A stretch of DNA of 64,000 nucleotides, taken from positions 10,917,660-10,981,659 of the forward strand of contig OZ316893.1 in assembly GCA_973895155.1 (NCBI GenBank). The letters are read 5' to 3'. Under the pieces are notes generated by a model. It did not search any database, had not been told where the DNA came from, and saw only the letters and a program-made list of their open reading frames with translations. Source of the stretch: Marsupella aquatica (Eukaryota; Plantae; Marchantiophyta). Below, one piece after another: positions 40,255 through 52,216 of this stretch (position 1 is its first letter; every line of letters starts with the position of its first letter). The position numbers and the translations under genes were made by a program.

Positions 40255-40780
40255 CATCTTAGGACATGTTTTGCCTCAATATCTTTGCCTTGACTTGACA
40301 ATTTTTCTCCCCTTAACATCTTTTTCTCATCTTGACATCTTTTTATCTCCTCAACGTCTTTTTATCGTTTTGACATGTTTTCTTTTCTTGACACCTTCTC
40401 CTCACCTCAATGTTCTTTTCTCACATTGACATCTTTTTCTCACCTCAACATCTTTCCTTTCCTTTCCTTTACACCTTTCCTCTCCTCAACATCTTCTATT
40501 ACCTCAACATCATTTTCTCTTCTTGACATATTTTCTCTTTGGCATCGTTACTCACCTCAACATCATATTCTCATTTTCACATTTTTGCTCTCATTGACAT
40601 GATTTCTTCACCTTAATATCATTTCCTCACCCTTGACATTTTTTCTCTCATAAATATTTTTCTCACCTCAACATCTTTTTCTCACCTCAACGTCATTTTC
40701 TCACCTCAACATCTTTTTATCTTCTTGATATCTTTTCCTCACCTCAACATCTTGTGTGCGACACACAAACATTGGGCTAG
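40255..40780 (+). mobile_element. Non-autonomous Helitron 3' part with internal minisatellite (about 18-20 bp unit)
   Basis: An array of TTTT(C)TCACCTCAACATC units ends in the hairpin TTGTGTG-CGA-CACACAA, a short spacer and CTAG|T, the canonical Helitron 3' terminus. The 5' end was not located. Confidence 0.72.
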
Positions 40781-42807
40781 TTGTCCATGAAATGTTATAT
40801 AGGACTGTTAACTGTTAATACAACTAAAGCCCTCAGACATTTTTTTATTTGTACTTGTTTTAGAAAAGTAGAAGATAAATCTACTACTCAAGTCTTGATT
40901 GTGCATTCTTCTCATCATTACCCGGCTCATTACCCTGAAAATTACAAAGAGAGAAATCTCAAAGAGCATTGAGTGCACATTACCAACATGTTTTCAGGTT
41001 GGTGTGGGGTATAGGGCCCCCAACCAAGGAATTTAGCCAAGTTTTGAGGAGCTAGTATTGCCCATAATGCCCTTGTAAAAAGTGCATACATTTTAGCCTT
41101 CCTCTCGCCCACTGTTTGATGCTTTTTCCCCTTTCTTCACAATCAAAACTTGAACCCAAATTCCATGCAAGTCAATATTTTAATTTCACAAGTTGAAGAC
41201 AAATCTCAAAATGCCCGCCCAACTATGTGTTATGGGCATTTTCTTCCATAGAGTTCGCAAATATACAAACAGAAAAGTCTCGCCTTACTTAAATTGCTTC
41301 AAGACGCTTCTCTGTGTAGCTTCATGAACTTTTTTATGGAAGAGATTGCACACGCAGTGCGAGTTTTTTTATAGATTTGTTGTCTACCGTCTTTTGCTTA
41401 AGTAAGTAAATCTGAATTGCATTAAATTTGGGTTGTTTGAGATTTGTCTTCTACTTGTCTCTGGCTCAAGGAAGTAACATCTGAAGTTGCGGGAGGAAGG
41501 AGAAACAAAATTAAAAATAGTAAGAGTCAAAATTTGCTTATGGACGATACAATATCTAGTATTTGCCACATTCTAGCTAAATGCGGCAAACACTTCGTAG
41601 AGAAGAAAATGCACTCCAAAAGTGGCAAATAATTTTCCGAGAGATAGAATCAAGGGGATTTTCCCCGATTAAAATAAAAGCTAGTCATAGCCCACAACGC
41701 CCTATTTCCAGGGCGCTGCCAAATTCACACATGCAAAGCGAAAAATGCTACAGCAATCATAGCCCACAACGCCCTATTTCCAGGGCGTTCCCATATTCAC
41801 AGTCACACATATTTACACATGCAAAGCGAAAAATCTGGCAGGGATTTGAGATAGGATGTAGGGAGGGCCAGCGAGCCACCGGCGGCGGGACGGACGGGGG
41901 CCGAGCAGAGCCGAGGGCCAGCAACACGCGCTGGGTGCGGCGGGCCAGACTCCTTGGCTCAGGCGACTCGGGGCGCCCATCTCCTCTCCTCCTGGCCACG
42001 GGGCACACCGAGGCTCGGCTGGGAGTAGGGACTGTTTTGGGCTCTCGGCCGTGCCACACAAAGGGGAAACGAAACTTCGTTCACCTTCGCTTCGGGACTC
42101 GGGTCGGGATGGCGGAGTCCAGGACTCGTCCAGCTCTGTCCAGAGTCTACTGTAGGACTCTAGGGTCCCATACTCGTAGAGTCCGGTGCATGTCGGATCC
42201 GCGACTGACTGGGAGGCACACGTGTGTCCCGGAGGACTGGAGACCCCTTCCATTCCAGTCCAGCGCGAAACCCTCTTTTCTCTTTTCGGCTCGGGACCAC
42301 CACAAATACGAACTGGAGTCGTATCTCGATAAGTGCACACTCCATCACTTTGATTTTTTAACCCTGCCTAATTGCAAGGCGTCCCGTTCTTCTCTTTTTT
42401 TCCCGACCGTTTTGCACCAAGTGCAAAGAGGCCTAAAAAGAAAATTCAATAAAAGATAAATGTATGTTTAGGAACACTTATGGATAGGTGCACAATTCCT
42501 TAGCCAATTCTTTGCAATGACACTTATTGATAAGTGCAAGCCATAGTAGAGCCAACTTCCATGTGAGCAGCCCTACATTTTCAAGCTCTCAAAGTGACTC
42601 ACGGGAGAATAAATAAGTGAGCAAGAGAATAATGCCTTAACCCCCTTCCCAGGCCTGGCTGCAAAAAAATTAGGAGTTACAAGGACAAGGGCCAAAAACT
42701 TTCTGGCCCGCAAGTCCCGACCGCAAACTCCAGCATAAAACAAAGCCCAAATGGAACACCTGTTGTGAAACTTTGCCATTGCAATTTTGCCAAGTGCCTG
42801 GACTGCT

Positions 42808-43040
42808 GTCAAATGAGATCAACTTTTGTAGCGGATACTCTTGTCAAATGAGATCTACTTTTGCCCCTGATCTAGCAAATGTTACTGGCCATATTATTTA
42901 GGACCTTCACATGCCAATTGGCTCGTCAAATGAGATCAACTTTTGTAGCGGATACTCTTGTTAAATGAGATCTGCTTTTGCCCTGATCTTGCAATTGTTA
43001 CTGGCCATATTATGTAGGACCTTCACATGCGAATTGGCTC
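42808..43040. repeat. About 117-bp tandem duplication upstream of the 43879 gene
   Basis: GTCAAATGAGATCAACTTTTGTAGCGGATACTCTTGT...GTTACTGGCCATATTAT.TAGGACCTTCACATGC.AATTGGCTC occurs twice. Confidence 0.88.
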
Positions 43041-43878
43041 TTAGGCCAAGGATATACAATGAAGGAGGGACCACTGGACGTAGAGGCACTATACACTCTT
43101 CTAGATAAATGCAAATTCCACATTTTTGCACTTGTGAATAATTAATGCAAACCCGCATTAAGCGCACATCGGATGGTCCTTCCCCCGGAGAGTGTGCACT
43201 TAGAGCCAGATGACTGTAGTCGTAGGAGTCCTACGACTGGTCCTACGACTGGTCCTACGGTAGTAGTATAAACTCGAAATCGTCGTAGTGTAGGGACAGT
43301 CATGTCACCTGAGGAGACTCTTGTTCGACACTGCACATCACTGTTGGAGTTGATGCATTTCAGTGCATTGCATTGCGTTGCGTTGCGTTGCGTTGCGTGG
43401 GAATTGAATAAGAGCGACTGAAAGGCGAAGACGACGAGGAGTGGGAACGTTTCGAATTGCTCCGCTTTTCGCAGCAATTGGTCCGTCTGGAGTCTCGATC
43501 AAGATGCCCCGTCCGTCGAGCAGCGGAATGCGGAGCTTTGTGGTGGAGCTCTTTGATTGACGAGAGTCGTGGTGGAGGTGGAGGGGTGGCCGGAGTTTAT
43601 CTCTTTTCAATCGTCCGTATCGTCCAGACGCATTGCGACAGAGCAGAGAGAGGCACATGATTGCAAACGTAACGGAAAGCGAGTGAAATCAGGGCATTGT
43701 TTTCTGAACGTAATACGGCTGATTTGTGAGGATAGAGTGCGCAGGCGATGTAAAGCGCTCGAAGGGTGGAGATAGAGATGCCCTGTTACGATATTCTGTC
43801 GTAGAGATTTCAGTGGACAAATTTGCGGTGCTCTGTCCCTCGCGACATTGGGAAGCGGATTCGAAGCAACTGACCGCG

Positions 43879-44349
43879 ATGAATTCTATGTACGCGAGAA
43901 GCGCTCCATCGTTTTCTGTCTTCTCGTCAAGCGGTCGTCTCGGTATTAATGAAGATCGCTCGGAGTCATATAAGCTCGTGGATAGCGGATACACTCCCTT
44001 CTATTCGGAATACTTCGATGACGACTATGGCGGAGAGGAGTGCTTCCATCGTCCGAGGAAAGCTGACAATTACTACGGGATTAGGCAGGAGTATTTGCGC
44101 AGCTACACCTTCACGAGAGAGGAGCCGAAACCGGAGACGGTGAAGGATTCCGTAAAGAGGTTCAAAGCGGTCGTCTGGGCGGTGCTCTGCTTGCGCAAAT
44201 TCAAGTACTCCCAAGCGAAAATACTTAGGGAGAAGCTGAGCAGCAGCAGCTCTAGATTCATACACGACAGCACTGATTACATCTCAGCTTCCTGCAGGAA
44301 GATCGCGGTGCCAAGCTGCATACGGTTTTCGAGTCTTGAAGTGGCATAA
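43879..44349 (+). CDS. Uncharacterised plant protein with RQxYLRSYTFxR motif, intronless, 156 aa
   Basis: ATG at 43879 lies in the 43726-44349 ORF (the track's 43726 start is GTG). GC-rich coding-like composition. DNYYGIRQEYLRSYTFTREE...VKRFK resembles a recurrent motif of small conserved uncharacterised land-plant proteins. TATAAA at about 43268 and microsatellites in the putative 5' leader. Confidence 0.72.
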   Translation: MNSMYARSAPSFSVFSSSGRLGINEDRSESYKLVDSGYTPFYSEYFDDDYGGEECFHRPRKADNYYGIRQEYLRSYTFTREEPKPETVKDSVKRFKAVVWAVLCLRKFKYSQAKILREKLSSSSSRFIHDSTDYISASCRKIAVPSCIRFSSLEVA

Positions 44350-45612
44350 ACGGCCACCTCCTGCTGTGATTGACAGATTCCATCGGCAGATGCATACAGG
44401 CTGGGGCCTCGCTACATGTCTGTAAGAAAGGATCCATCCATGCTCGAAATTGTAATTACAAACCATTACTACACACACCCGCTTGCCCGTAGGGTTGGAT
44501 ATGTGCTCATGAAGGTGCCACAAAGCCTCCCAGGGTATTGGAAAGGAACACAGCGCTACAGTGCACGACTGCATCGGCTTGCCGTTGATGATCATACAAT
44601 TTAGCTGCACGAATGCGTACATTTTTTGCCTGTTTTCTGAGCAGCTTCAGCTCCTGTATCGAGCGCGGCGCTGGGTATCGCTAGTGTGATCATTCTATCA
44701 TGTTTACACCTTCAATAATGCCTCATCTCCAGCGTCGTGAAGGAAACTTGTTACGGGTGGCCTGCCGGACAGGGACTATGGCTTGACAAGCTGCCTTGTA
44801 CTGCATTTGTGAACAGGGTTTGATTAGTCTTCCCTGTGTAAATAAATTTTCATCAGCAACAAGCCATTTACATGTCTTGATTTGCATTTTTCTGAACTGG
44901 CTTACACTGAAATCGTGTACCGAAATGATTTTACGTCTGGTGATAGGTAATGAATCCTTCTCTCGTTTAGTAGTAGTTCAACCTTGGTCGAGACGGACGG
45001 CTGTGTGCCGAGGTACTTGGAAGTTCATATTAGACAGTTCTAGGGAATGACGGAGACCTGCTTGGTGTGGATCCCCTTGCGTTTCTGACAAACGTCTGTC
45101 GCCAGTCCCATACAACATGTCCATGATATACTCATGCCTTGCCACTCTCGTCAGTACCGTTTGTTGTGGGGTACATTCTATCTTGTAGAGTAATACATAT
45201 CCTATAGAATTTTCCTCTTTCTGCAGCTAAATAGATACATTCTACTCATTCACTCCGCTCTCCCCATTGCCCAAATTCAGTAGCTGTCGAACTTCTGTGT
45301 GAGGGCGTGTCCAGTGTTCTACAGTTTTTCCGGCAGGCATGCGAATGTAGGTGGACCCCCTTTGCTCTAATGGAATGACATTTCCTGTAGTCTGCTTCGA
45401 CGGCTGGTGGGATTTTAAGCTGCATGAAGTGCATGGCCTCCTGTTGGCAGCAGACCCTTCGAGTTTTTGCATAATTACAGGGAGAGAGTGAAACATGGAG
45501 GATGATCATCGCGTAAATCAGCAGAGCAGATGAAAAGTGAAGTGAACGGCCATCTACTTTATATGTAAGAGAGGACAGATTTTGTTTTACCACCATGAAG
45601 ATGTACAGTTGG

Positions 45613-46177
45613 ATGAGATTGACTTGATTCATTCGATACCCTAGTCTCGGAAAGTCCGGCTGTTCATGGGGCTGGGGATTTTATTTGTGGACTGTTAAGC
45701 TTTTTGTCTACGTGAGCCTGCCTGGCCTCCATTTTGTCGGCGGTGTGTCTCGTGGAATGCCAGGGCATAAACTTGTCGTCACGAGCTTGGTTTTCAACTG
45801 AACACTTCACCTTAAACAATTCACGCATTCGATTTATTCTATGGAAGGTCTCGGATTCAAGCATCGGGGCTTCTCGCTTGCGCTCCCACCCCTGCATGAG
45901 ATTGTCTCGATTCATTCGATAGCGTAGTCTTGAAAAGTTCGGCTATTCATGGGAGGGGGATTTGGCTGTGGATTGTTACGCTTTTTATCTACGTGCCCGC
46001 CATTCCTCCATTTTCTCAGCAATGTGTCCCGCGGAAGGCCAGGGCATAAACTTGTGTCACGAGCTTGGTGTTTTACTGAACAGCTGACCTTAAACAATGC
46101 ACGCGTTAGATTTATGCTATGGAAGGTCTCGAATTTGAGCATCAGGGCCGTTTTCTTGCGCTCCCGCCCCTAGATGT
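45613..46177. repeat. 284-bp diverged tandem duplication
   Basis: ATGAGATTG...GATTCATTCGATA...CCAGGGCATAAACTTGT..CACGAGCTTGGT...CTATGGAAGGTCTCG...CTTGCGCTCCC at 45613-45896 and 45897-46177. Confidence 0.88.
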
Positions 46178-47514
46178 TCACGCCAAAGGCTGCTTCAAGT
46201 GCAAATCTACTGTATTTCCAGAGGGGACGAAGTGACTGTCAAATTGTCATGAAAGAGAACGTCCTAACGTACTTTTTTTCAGCCTGGGAGGGATCCATCG
46301 CACGTCTGCTTCTCAGGTTACGTGCAACCCTGAAGACTTGTCTGTTGAGCATTAGAGTTTATCACCACTGATCAATAGTCAGAGATTGTGCTTGTCAACT
46401 GTTCGAGCACGTCAACACCAGCCATCCGTGACTACTAGGTTCTGATTTGACTACCTGATGAGCGTCACCGAACATTACAGTGTACTTGTCGTACTCCTTG
46501 CCGGGAACTGTAAATGTCAGCCGTTTGGAGGGATTCCGCTTTGTTCTGCAATTGCAATGCGTCCTCTAGAATCCGACCTATCGTTGGAAGGCTGGAGTGC
46601 GTCGGCTGACAGATGCCCGCCAGGCGCTGGAAATTATCCGTTTTTGTTGGTGCATTTGAGTAAGTTGGATTGGAATATCTTTTCCGCACGGCGAAGATGG
46701 GCGAATTAGTTGAACTCGCTGGTGTGTTGGGAAGTTGCTGATCGGTTCTCACATGTCTTCGAGTCATAGACAGGAGTTCGCACTGCAGATGTCGTCTTTT
46801 AGCTTCCAGGTTACTTTGCACAAACGTGTGTTTCATTGCTTCGTAATCAGGTGACGTGCGCCTAATTGCCCTGATGGCGTCTCCCTCTGGGACTTCCTCC
46901 GAATCCAGGACTGAGCCAGACTACATCGGTGCCCATTGACGTCCAACATACTTTTTCTTCAATCCCGTCTTCTGTCTTCCTATTAACTTTAATCTCGAAT
47001 GTAAAATCTAGCGATAGTATCGAGATAGAAATCGGATCTGACGTCTCTTTGAAGTATCTGCAGAGTTCTTCATTGAGCGCAATTGCCCGGAGGTTTTCCG
47101 CTCCGCTGTATGGGTTTCTTTGTGTCGCCGCCGACTTTCAATCTGGACATGCAAAGGAGTGGAAGATAAGCTTGTAAATTCCAGACTGGACTCACCGACC
47201 ACGTTACAAATGCCACTCTTGCTCTCTCCAACGAGACCTTCAACAACGTTGTTCCAGTTTCGCTATTGTTGCCTTTTGTCTGGAGCTGATCAGGAGTGGA
47301 AGACTACGTTGACTCCCCACAGTATTTTCACAGCTCTTGCACTCAATTAGAATCTCGTCTGTAGGAGTCCTCATGCTGAAGTACTCATGCTGTGCCAATT
47401 AATTTGACAAGATTTGAGAACTTCGTGTAACACGAGACATGGGGATAACCCGTTTAAGATAACTGTGGCACTTTCCTGCTGTGCCGACTAGCTTTACAAT
47501 CTGCATGTCCTTTC

Positions 47515-48062
47515 TTACACATGAGGAGTGTTGAGAACACTTGAAATCAACTTCTGAGACAACTGACGAATAAGTTTATGACATTCGAGCGCTTCAAGAA
47601 AGACTGCAAATCCTTTCCCATACATCAGAAATGTTGAGAACACTTGAAATCAATTTCTGGGACTAGTAATGATTAGCTTTGTGACATTCGAACTCTTCAA
47701 GAACAAACTGCAAATCCTTTTGCGCACATGAGACATGTTGAGAACAGTTTTAGTCAAATTCTGACGCTAGTGATGAAAAGCGTTGTAATGTTCTAGAGCT
47801 GCAAGAAAGAACTGCAAATCGATTTCCGCACATGAGAAATGTTGAGGACACTTGATGTCAAATTTCGACGTTAATAATGATTAACTTTGTGACATCCGAG
47901 CGCTTCAAGAAAGACAGCTGCAAATCTATTCCCATACGAACAAGAAATCAAAGGCTGACACCGGTAATGAACTCTGAACATTCGAGCGCTTCAAGAAAGA
48001 GCTGCACAACCTTTCCCACACCTGAGAAATCTTGAGAACACTTGATATCAAATTCTGACACG
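47515..48062. repeat. Tandem array, about 103-bp unit, 5-6 diverged copies
   Basis: TGTTGAGAACACTTGA..TCAA.TTCTG...GACATTCGAGCGCTTCAAGAAAGA.CTGCAAATC recurs at about 47520, 47625, 47727, 47830, (47935) and 48020. Confidence 0.88.
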
Positions 48063-49388
48063 AGTAAGGAAATGAGGACAAACCCTGGAGACATCAATTG
48101 ATGATGTGTCTCTAGTCCACCCATGAAATTATAACAGCCGATGAGTTCCGAATCACATCAAACAGGAATTACCTACATCCACTACTTTTTCTCCCAACTG
48201 GTAAAAGAGTTTGAAATGTCGAGGACACAGAAGATGACGAGTAAGACTCCTTAGCAGCAATCTCAACTCGAGCCATCTACCAATTAAAGTAGGCCCACAT
48301 GTCTCACATCACATGGAACTATGGACATAATCTCTCGTTGCATTGCCACCAAACCGTGATGAGGGTTCGGACTTCAAAACAAGGGGCATTTGAGCTGTAT
48401 ACAAACCATCGCAGGCAAGATTAGACCAAATTGGAACCATTACTCGCTTATAACTAGTAAACAATTCTCTTAGAGTTCCACGAAAGGAACTAAGGTACCT
48501 AGAGCTGCAGCAGTGACACTTGTTGAGCCACCGCATTTCAGCAAATCTGGTAAACTTAGTACGAAGAGACTTCTCTCCCACCGAAGCAACCTGTGCAATT
48601 AGGCTTCGACCCGGCAAGTTAGGAACGACCGAAGGACATTCATCGAAGCCCAATTCAAAGTCCCAAGTAAGTCGACATGCATTGCCCTCACGGCGTATGG
48701 TAGCCAGACGGTCACAGGAGATCTCCTTTGATTTCTTCTTCTTTCAGGTGTTGGTACGTCTAGTAATCTCAGAACTTGTCAAATGCATTTCTTTTAGTCA
48801 ACACGCACACAACAACATTATTCTCAGTTACTTCCCCCGAAATAAATCCTTTCGGTGCGAGGGTGCCCTCTCAATGAGCACTCTTAGGACTTTATAAAGA
48901 GAAATTCCCCCCTTTCTGGAGCAATCTCAAACGCTGTATGTACATTTCTTTCAGACAAACACCACGACTAACTTCTTCGGATGTGGCTTGATGTCAAGAA
49001 ACTATACATACCTTTCAAACACGGCTTGATTGACATAGTAGACTCTGTGGGTACGGTATTACGGCCACTCTCGCAAATTGCTCTGTCAAAATCTATCTCT
49101 CCTGTATCTCGCAAATCTCAAACCTGGAATATAAATTTCGTACAATCGAACTACACAACTATTACCTGGAATAGCAGCATTGCATAAGAGAAGGTCCTTT
49201 GGATACCAGGCCATCTTCTCGACGTGCTCACTTATACCCGAAGTCCAGCCTTTTGATCATTATAACTTTACCCTAGTTGCGACATCCCTTAGGTTCGGTC
49301 GTTTCGGTTCAGCTGACCAAGGCTTACCACAGCAAGTTGGTTGCAACTGCTTACACAAAATAATGGAATCCCTACTGATGTGAGAAGT

Positions 49389-49991
49389 TTATCCATTCAA
49401 TAGTCCAGCCTCCAAATTAAGGAGATACTGTTTGATCTGCACCCCTCCGGCATACCCACATAAGCCACCGCCTTTGGCAATGACCCTGTGGCAAGGAACG
49501 AACAAACAGACCGGATTCTTTGCATTGGCAGCCCCTACAGCGCGTGCTTTAGTCGGTTCACCCATTGAGATAGCTTGCTCTTCGTAGCAAATTGTCTCTC
49601 CATACGGAATTCGTTCAAGAGCCGTCCACGCCTTCTTCTGGAAGCTCGTTCCATGACTGGCCAGCGGGATTGTGAACTCTTTCCGAATCCCGGCAAAGTA
49701 CTCTTGCACTTGAGTCTTCGCCTCTCTCAGGATGGCTTCTGCAGCAGCTGCGGCTCCATTGTCTGCATTGTCCACGCCGCTTTGCTCGAGCTGGGTCTGG
49801 TCTTCCCACCAGGAATCGAAGTATGCAGCTCGCAATCCGTCGTTGGAGGATTCCAGCGACAGAGGACCCACCGGTGTAGCAATCTGACTCTTCTTCACAT
49901 CTACGTATGCAATCCGGTTCCCACGAGATTTGAGCAAAGGGGCGACAGGTGCTGCCACAGAGGAATAGATCGCTGCCTTGGCGGTCATCAT
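49389..49991 (-). CDS. MGMT: Methylated-DNA--protein-cysteine methyltransferase (O6-methylguanine-DNA methyltransferase, MGMT/Ogt), intronless, 200 aa
   Basis: Motifs TPVGPLSL, QEYFAGIRKEFTIPL, GTSFQKKAWTALERIPYGETICY, ARAVGAANAKNP, active site PCHRV and GYAGG..IKQYLLNLE. An in-frame TGA lies a few codons upstream with no AG acceptor between it and the ATG, which fixes the start at ATG 49991 (or 49988). Confidence 0.95.
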   Translation of the reverse strand: MMTAKAAIYSSVAAPVAPLLKSRGNRIAYVDVKKSQIATPVGPLSLESSNDGLRAAYFDSWWEDQTQLEQSGVDNADNGAAAAAEAILREAKTQVQEYFAGIRKEFTIPLASHGTSFQKKAWTALERIPYGETICYEEQAISMGEPTKARAVGAANAKNPVCLFVPCHRVIAKGGGLCGYAGGVQIKQYLLNLEAGLLNG

Positions 49992-50487
49992 CGTGCACAA
50001 TTTTTGGTCGGGAATTCAGGAAAAGCTTCGGAGTAAGAGTAAGCGGCAGGCACAGAGAGAAGGCAAGGAACTGAGCTCGCCAATCTGCTCGTTGTCGAGG
50101 GAACTGATGAAGCGCGAGAGTATTAGAACAATAGCTCTTCGGAGATGGCTTGTATGGCACGCCAAATGATGCTGTTTTTAACGAAACGTAGCTTCTGCAT
50201 TACGACTCACATTCTGACTCAGAGAATCCTCCTGTGCACTTAAGCTATGTGTTCATTATGCCACTTGTATACTTAGTTTTCCTGCATTTGCAGGCTTTTC
50301 TCTTTCGTTGACCAAAACACCACTGGCCATAGAAAAGGGAAACACCACTGGCCATACATGAGGGGAAGAGTCCGAGAAATCCCCCTTTTTACACATTCAT
50401 AGTTTTCTCCATTCATGAACTTTTCTTTTTCGTCGGACTACAAGTAGAAGAGTCCGAGACTTTCCCCTTTTTTCCACTCATTCCTTT

Positions 50488-50960
50488 CATCCACTGACAG
50501 GACAAAAGTATTATTTATGGTGAAACTTGGTGGATCCAGGTTGAGGTCATCCACTAAATAACAGGACAAAAGTATCATTTATGGTAAAACCTGGTGGATC
50601 CAGGTTGAGGATGGACAGTGAATCACTCATTTTTCCAAATTGCAATCAGTTCTTTAGTTCCTCCAGGTTGAGGTCATCCACTAACTGGACAAAAGTATTA
50701 TTTATGGTGAAACCTGGTGGATCCAGGTTGAGGATGGACAGTGAATCACTCATTTTTCCAAATTGCAATCAGTTCTTTAGTTCCTTTCATCCACTAAGAG
50801 TACAAATTATTATTAATGGTGAAACCTGGTGGATCCAGGTTTGATGATGGACTGGCGATTCCTCACTTTTCCAAATTGCACTCGATTCTTTAGTCCACTA
50901 ACAGGACACAATTATTATTAATGGTGAAATTTGGCAGACTTAAGTTTGATGATGGGCAGT
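50488..50960. repeat. Compound tandem array (about 60/120-bp units) upstream of MGMT
   Basis: CATCCACT...GGACAAAAGTATTATTTATGGTGAAACCTGGTGGATCCAGGTTGAGG and ATGGACAGTGAATCACTCATTTTTCCAAATTGCAATCAGTTCTTTAGTTCCT are repeated. Each unit contains the short inverted repeat AACCTGG-TGGAT-CCAGGTT. Confidence 0.88.
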
Positions 50961-52216
50961 GGCCATTTAAAACTTTAAGTAACTCTGGTTTGTATTGATA
51001 CCATATATTATAAGGTCTTCAGTCATGGTATTATTCGTTGCTTAGCAATACTGAACATCACATGCCAACCAATTGAGCGTGGACACTGAAAAAGGAGGTA
51101 GTCCCAGAGGTTCCTAATAAATATCCAAGTACCTAAGAAGTATGACAAAACACTCTCATATTTCTTTTATAAGGCATAAGGTCTCCCCAATATCGTCCCA
51201 CATGGTTGACATTTGGTCCTCCATATACTTCGTAAAGCAACCTTAAACCTAATTAGATGGACCTTAACCATAAACGCGGCCAGTCGTCCAAAGAGAACAG
51301 CTTTTCATTAGGAGTGTTGAAAATATCCTTACATTGACCTGAAAACTACGGGAAAGTTGGGGCTACCATCACTCCTGAAAGTCTCCACACCATTACATCA
51401 TAGTATCTCTCTGTTCCCTACAAAGAAGTAGAAATTAAGCTTCGAAGGATTTGGCCCTGTTCTTTAAACCAATGCTCAGACGTTTTCATGAATTCTACCC
51501 AGCTGACAGTCTACAAGGTGTTCAGCTACCTTCTCACAAGATTTGATGAGAAGAGTTATTCGCCTCTGACGAAGACGACACAGAGGATTCCAGGTCACTT
51601 GTGTAAAAGAAAAGGAGAGGATTTCAGGTCACTCGCGTAAAAGAAATGGAGTAAGATTATTCCAACAGGCAAGCTTACACCTGAATGTACATGTGAAGAC
51701 CTAAAAGCCTCATCCGAACCCCACAGAACCTGCACCAGCAATACGTCCCACCCATTCAAACTTGTGACTAGCCAGTCGAAAGTTCAAAATATTCTAACTA
51801 TCAAGACGGGTCTAACCAATATACACTTCAATTCTGACTTAAAATCTCTGAGAATAATTAAGCTTCTGACACACAGGCAAAAATCTCCCACTGGATAGGA
51901 ACTGGTGCCAATGGTCTCCACCGGCTTACAAAAAATCAATACGGAGAATACTTGCCGCCATTATTGGACTGGTCAGCAATAGGGTTATAAAAATCTCTTA
52001 TGGCAGAACTTAGGCCATTGATAGGAAACCCCTTCTCTTCGAATCCTGTAGGTTCTTCTTGGACGTTGAATCCAAGACAAACCACCAGATCCATCCTTGA
52101 TGATGAGAAAAACACCCATCAACATGACAGGATCAACGACCAGGGGTACATTAGGAATTTGTTGGCTGCTCTGGATCAAATTAGCCACCTCTCCTTTAAC
52201 GGTACTATTTTAGAGT

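Noticed and set aside
41581-42459. Longest ORF in the track (292 aa)
   Set aside because: No recognisable domain. It contains an internal DNA duplication (SHSPQRPISRA x2) and spans a GC-rich, TE-like island where stops are rare in all frames.
49575-50160. Overlapping ORFs of 181 aa (-) and 153 aa (+) across MGMT
   Set aside because: GTG/TTG starts and no motifs; shadows of the real GC-rich CDS.
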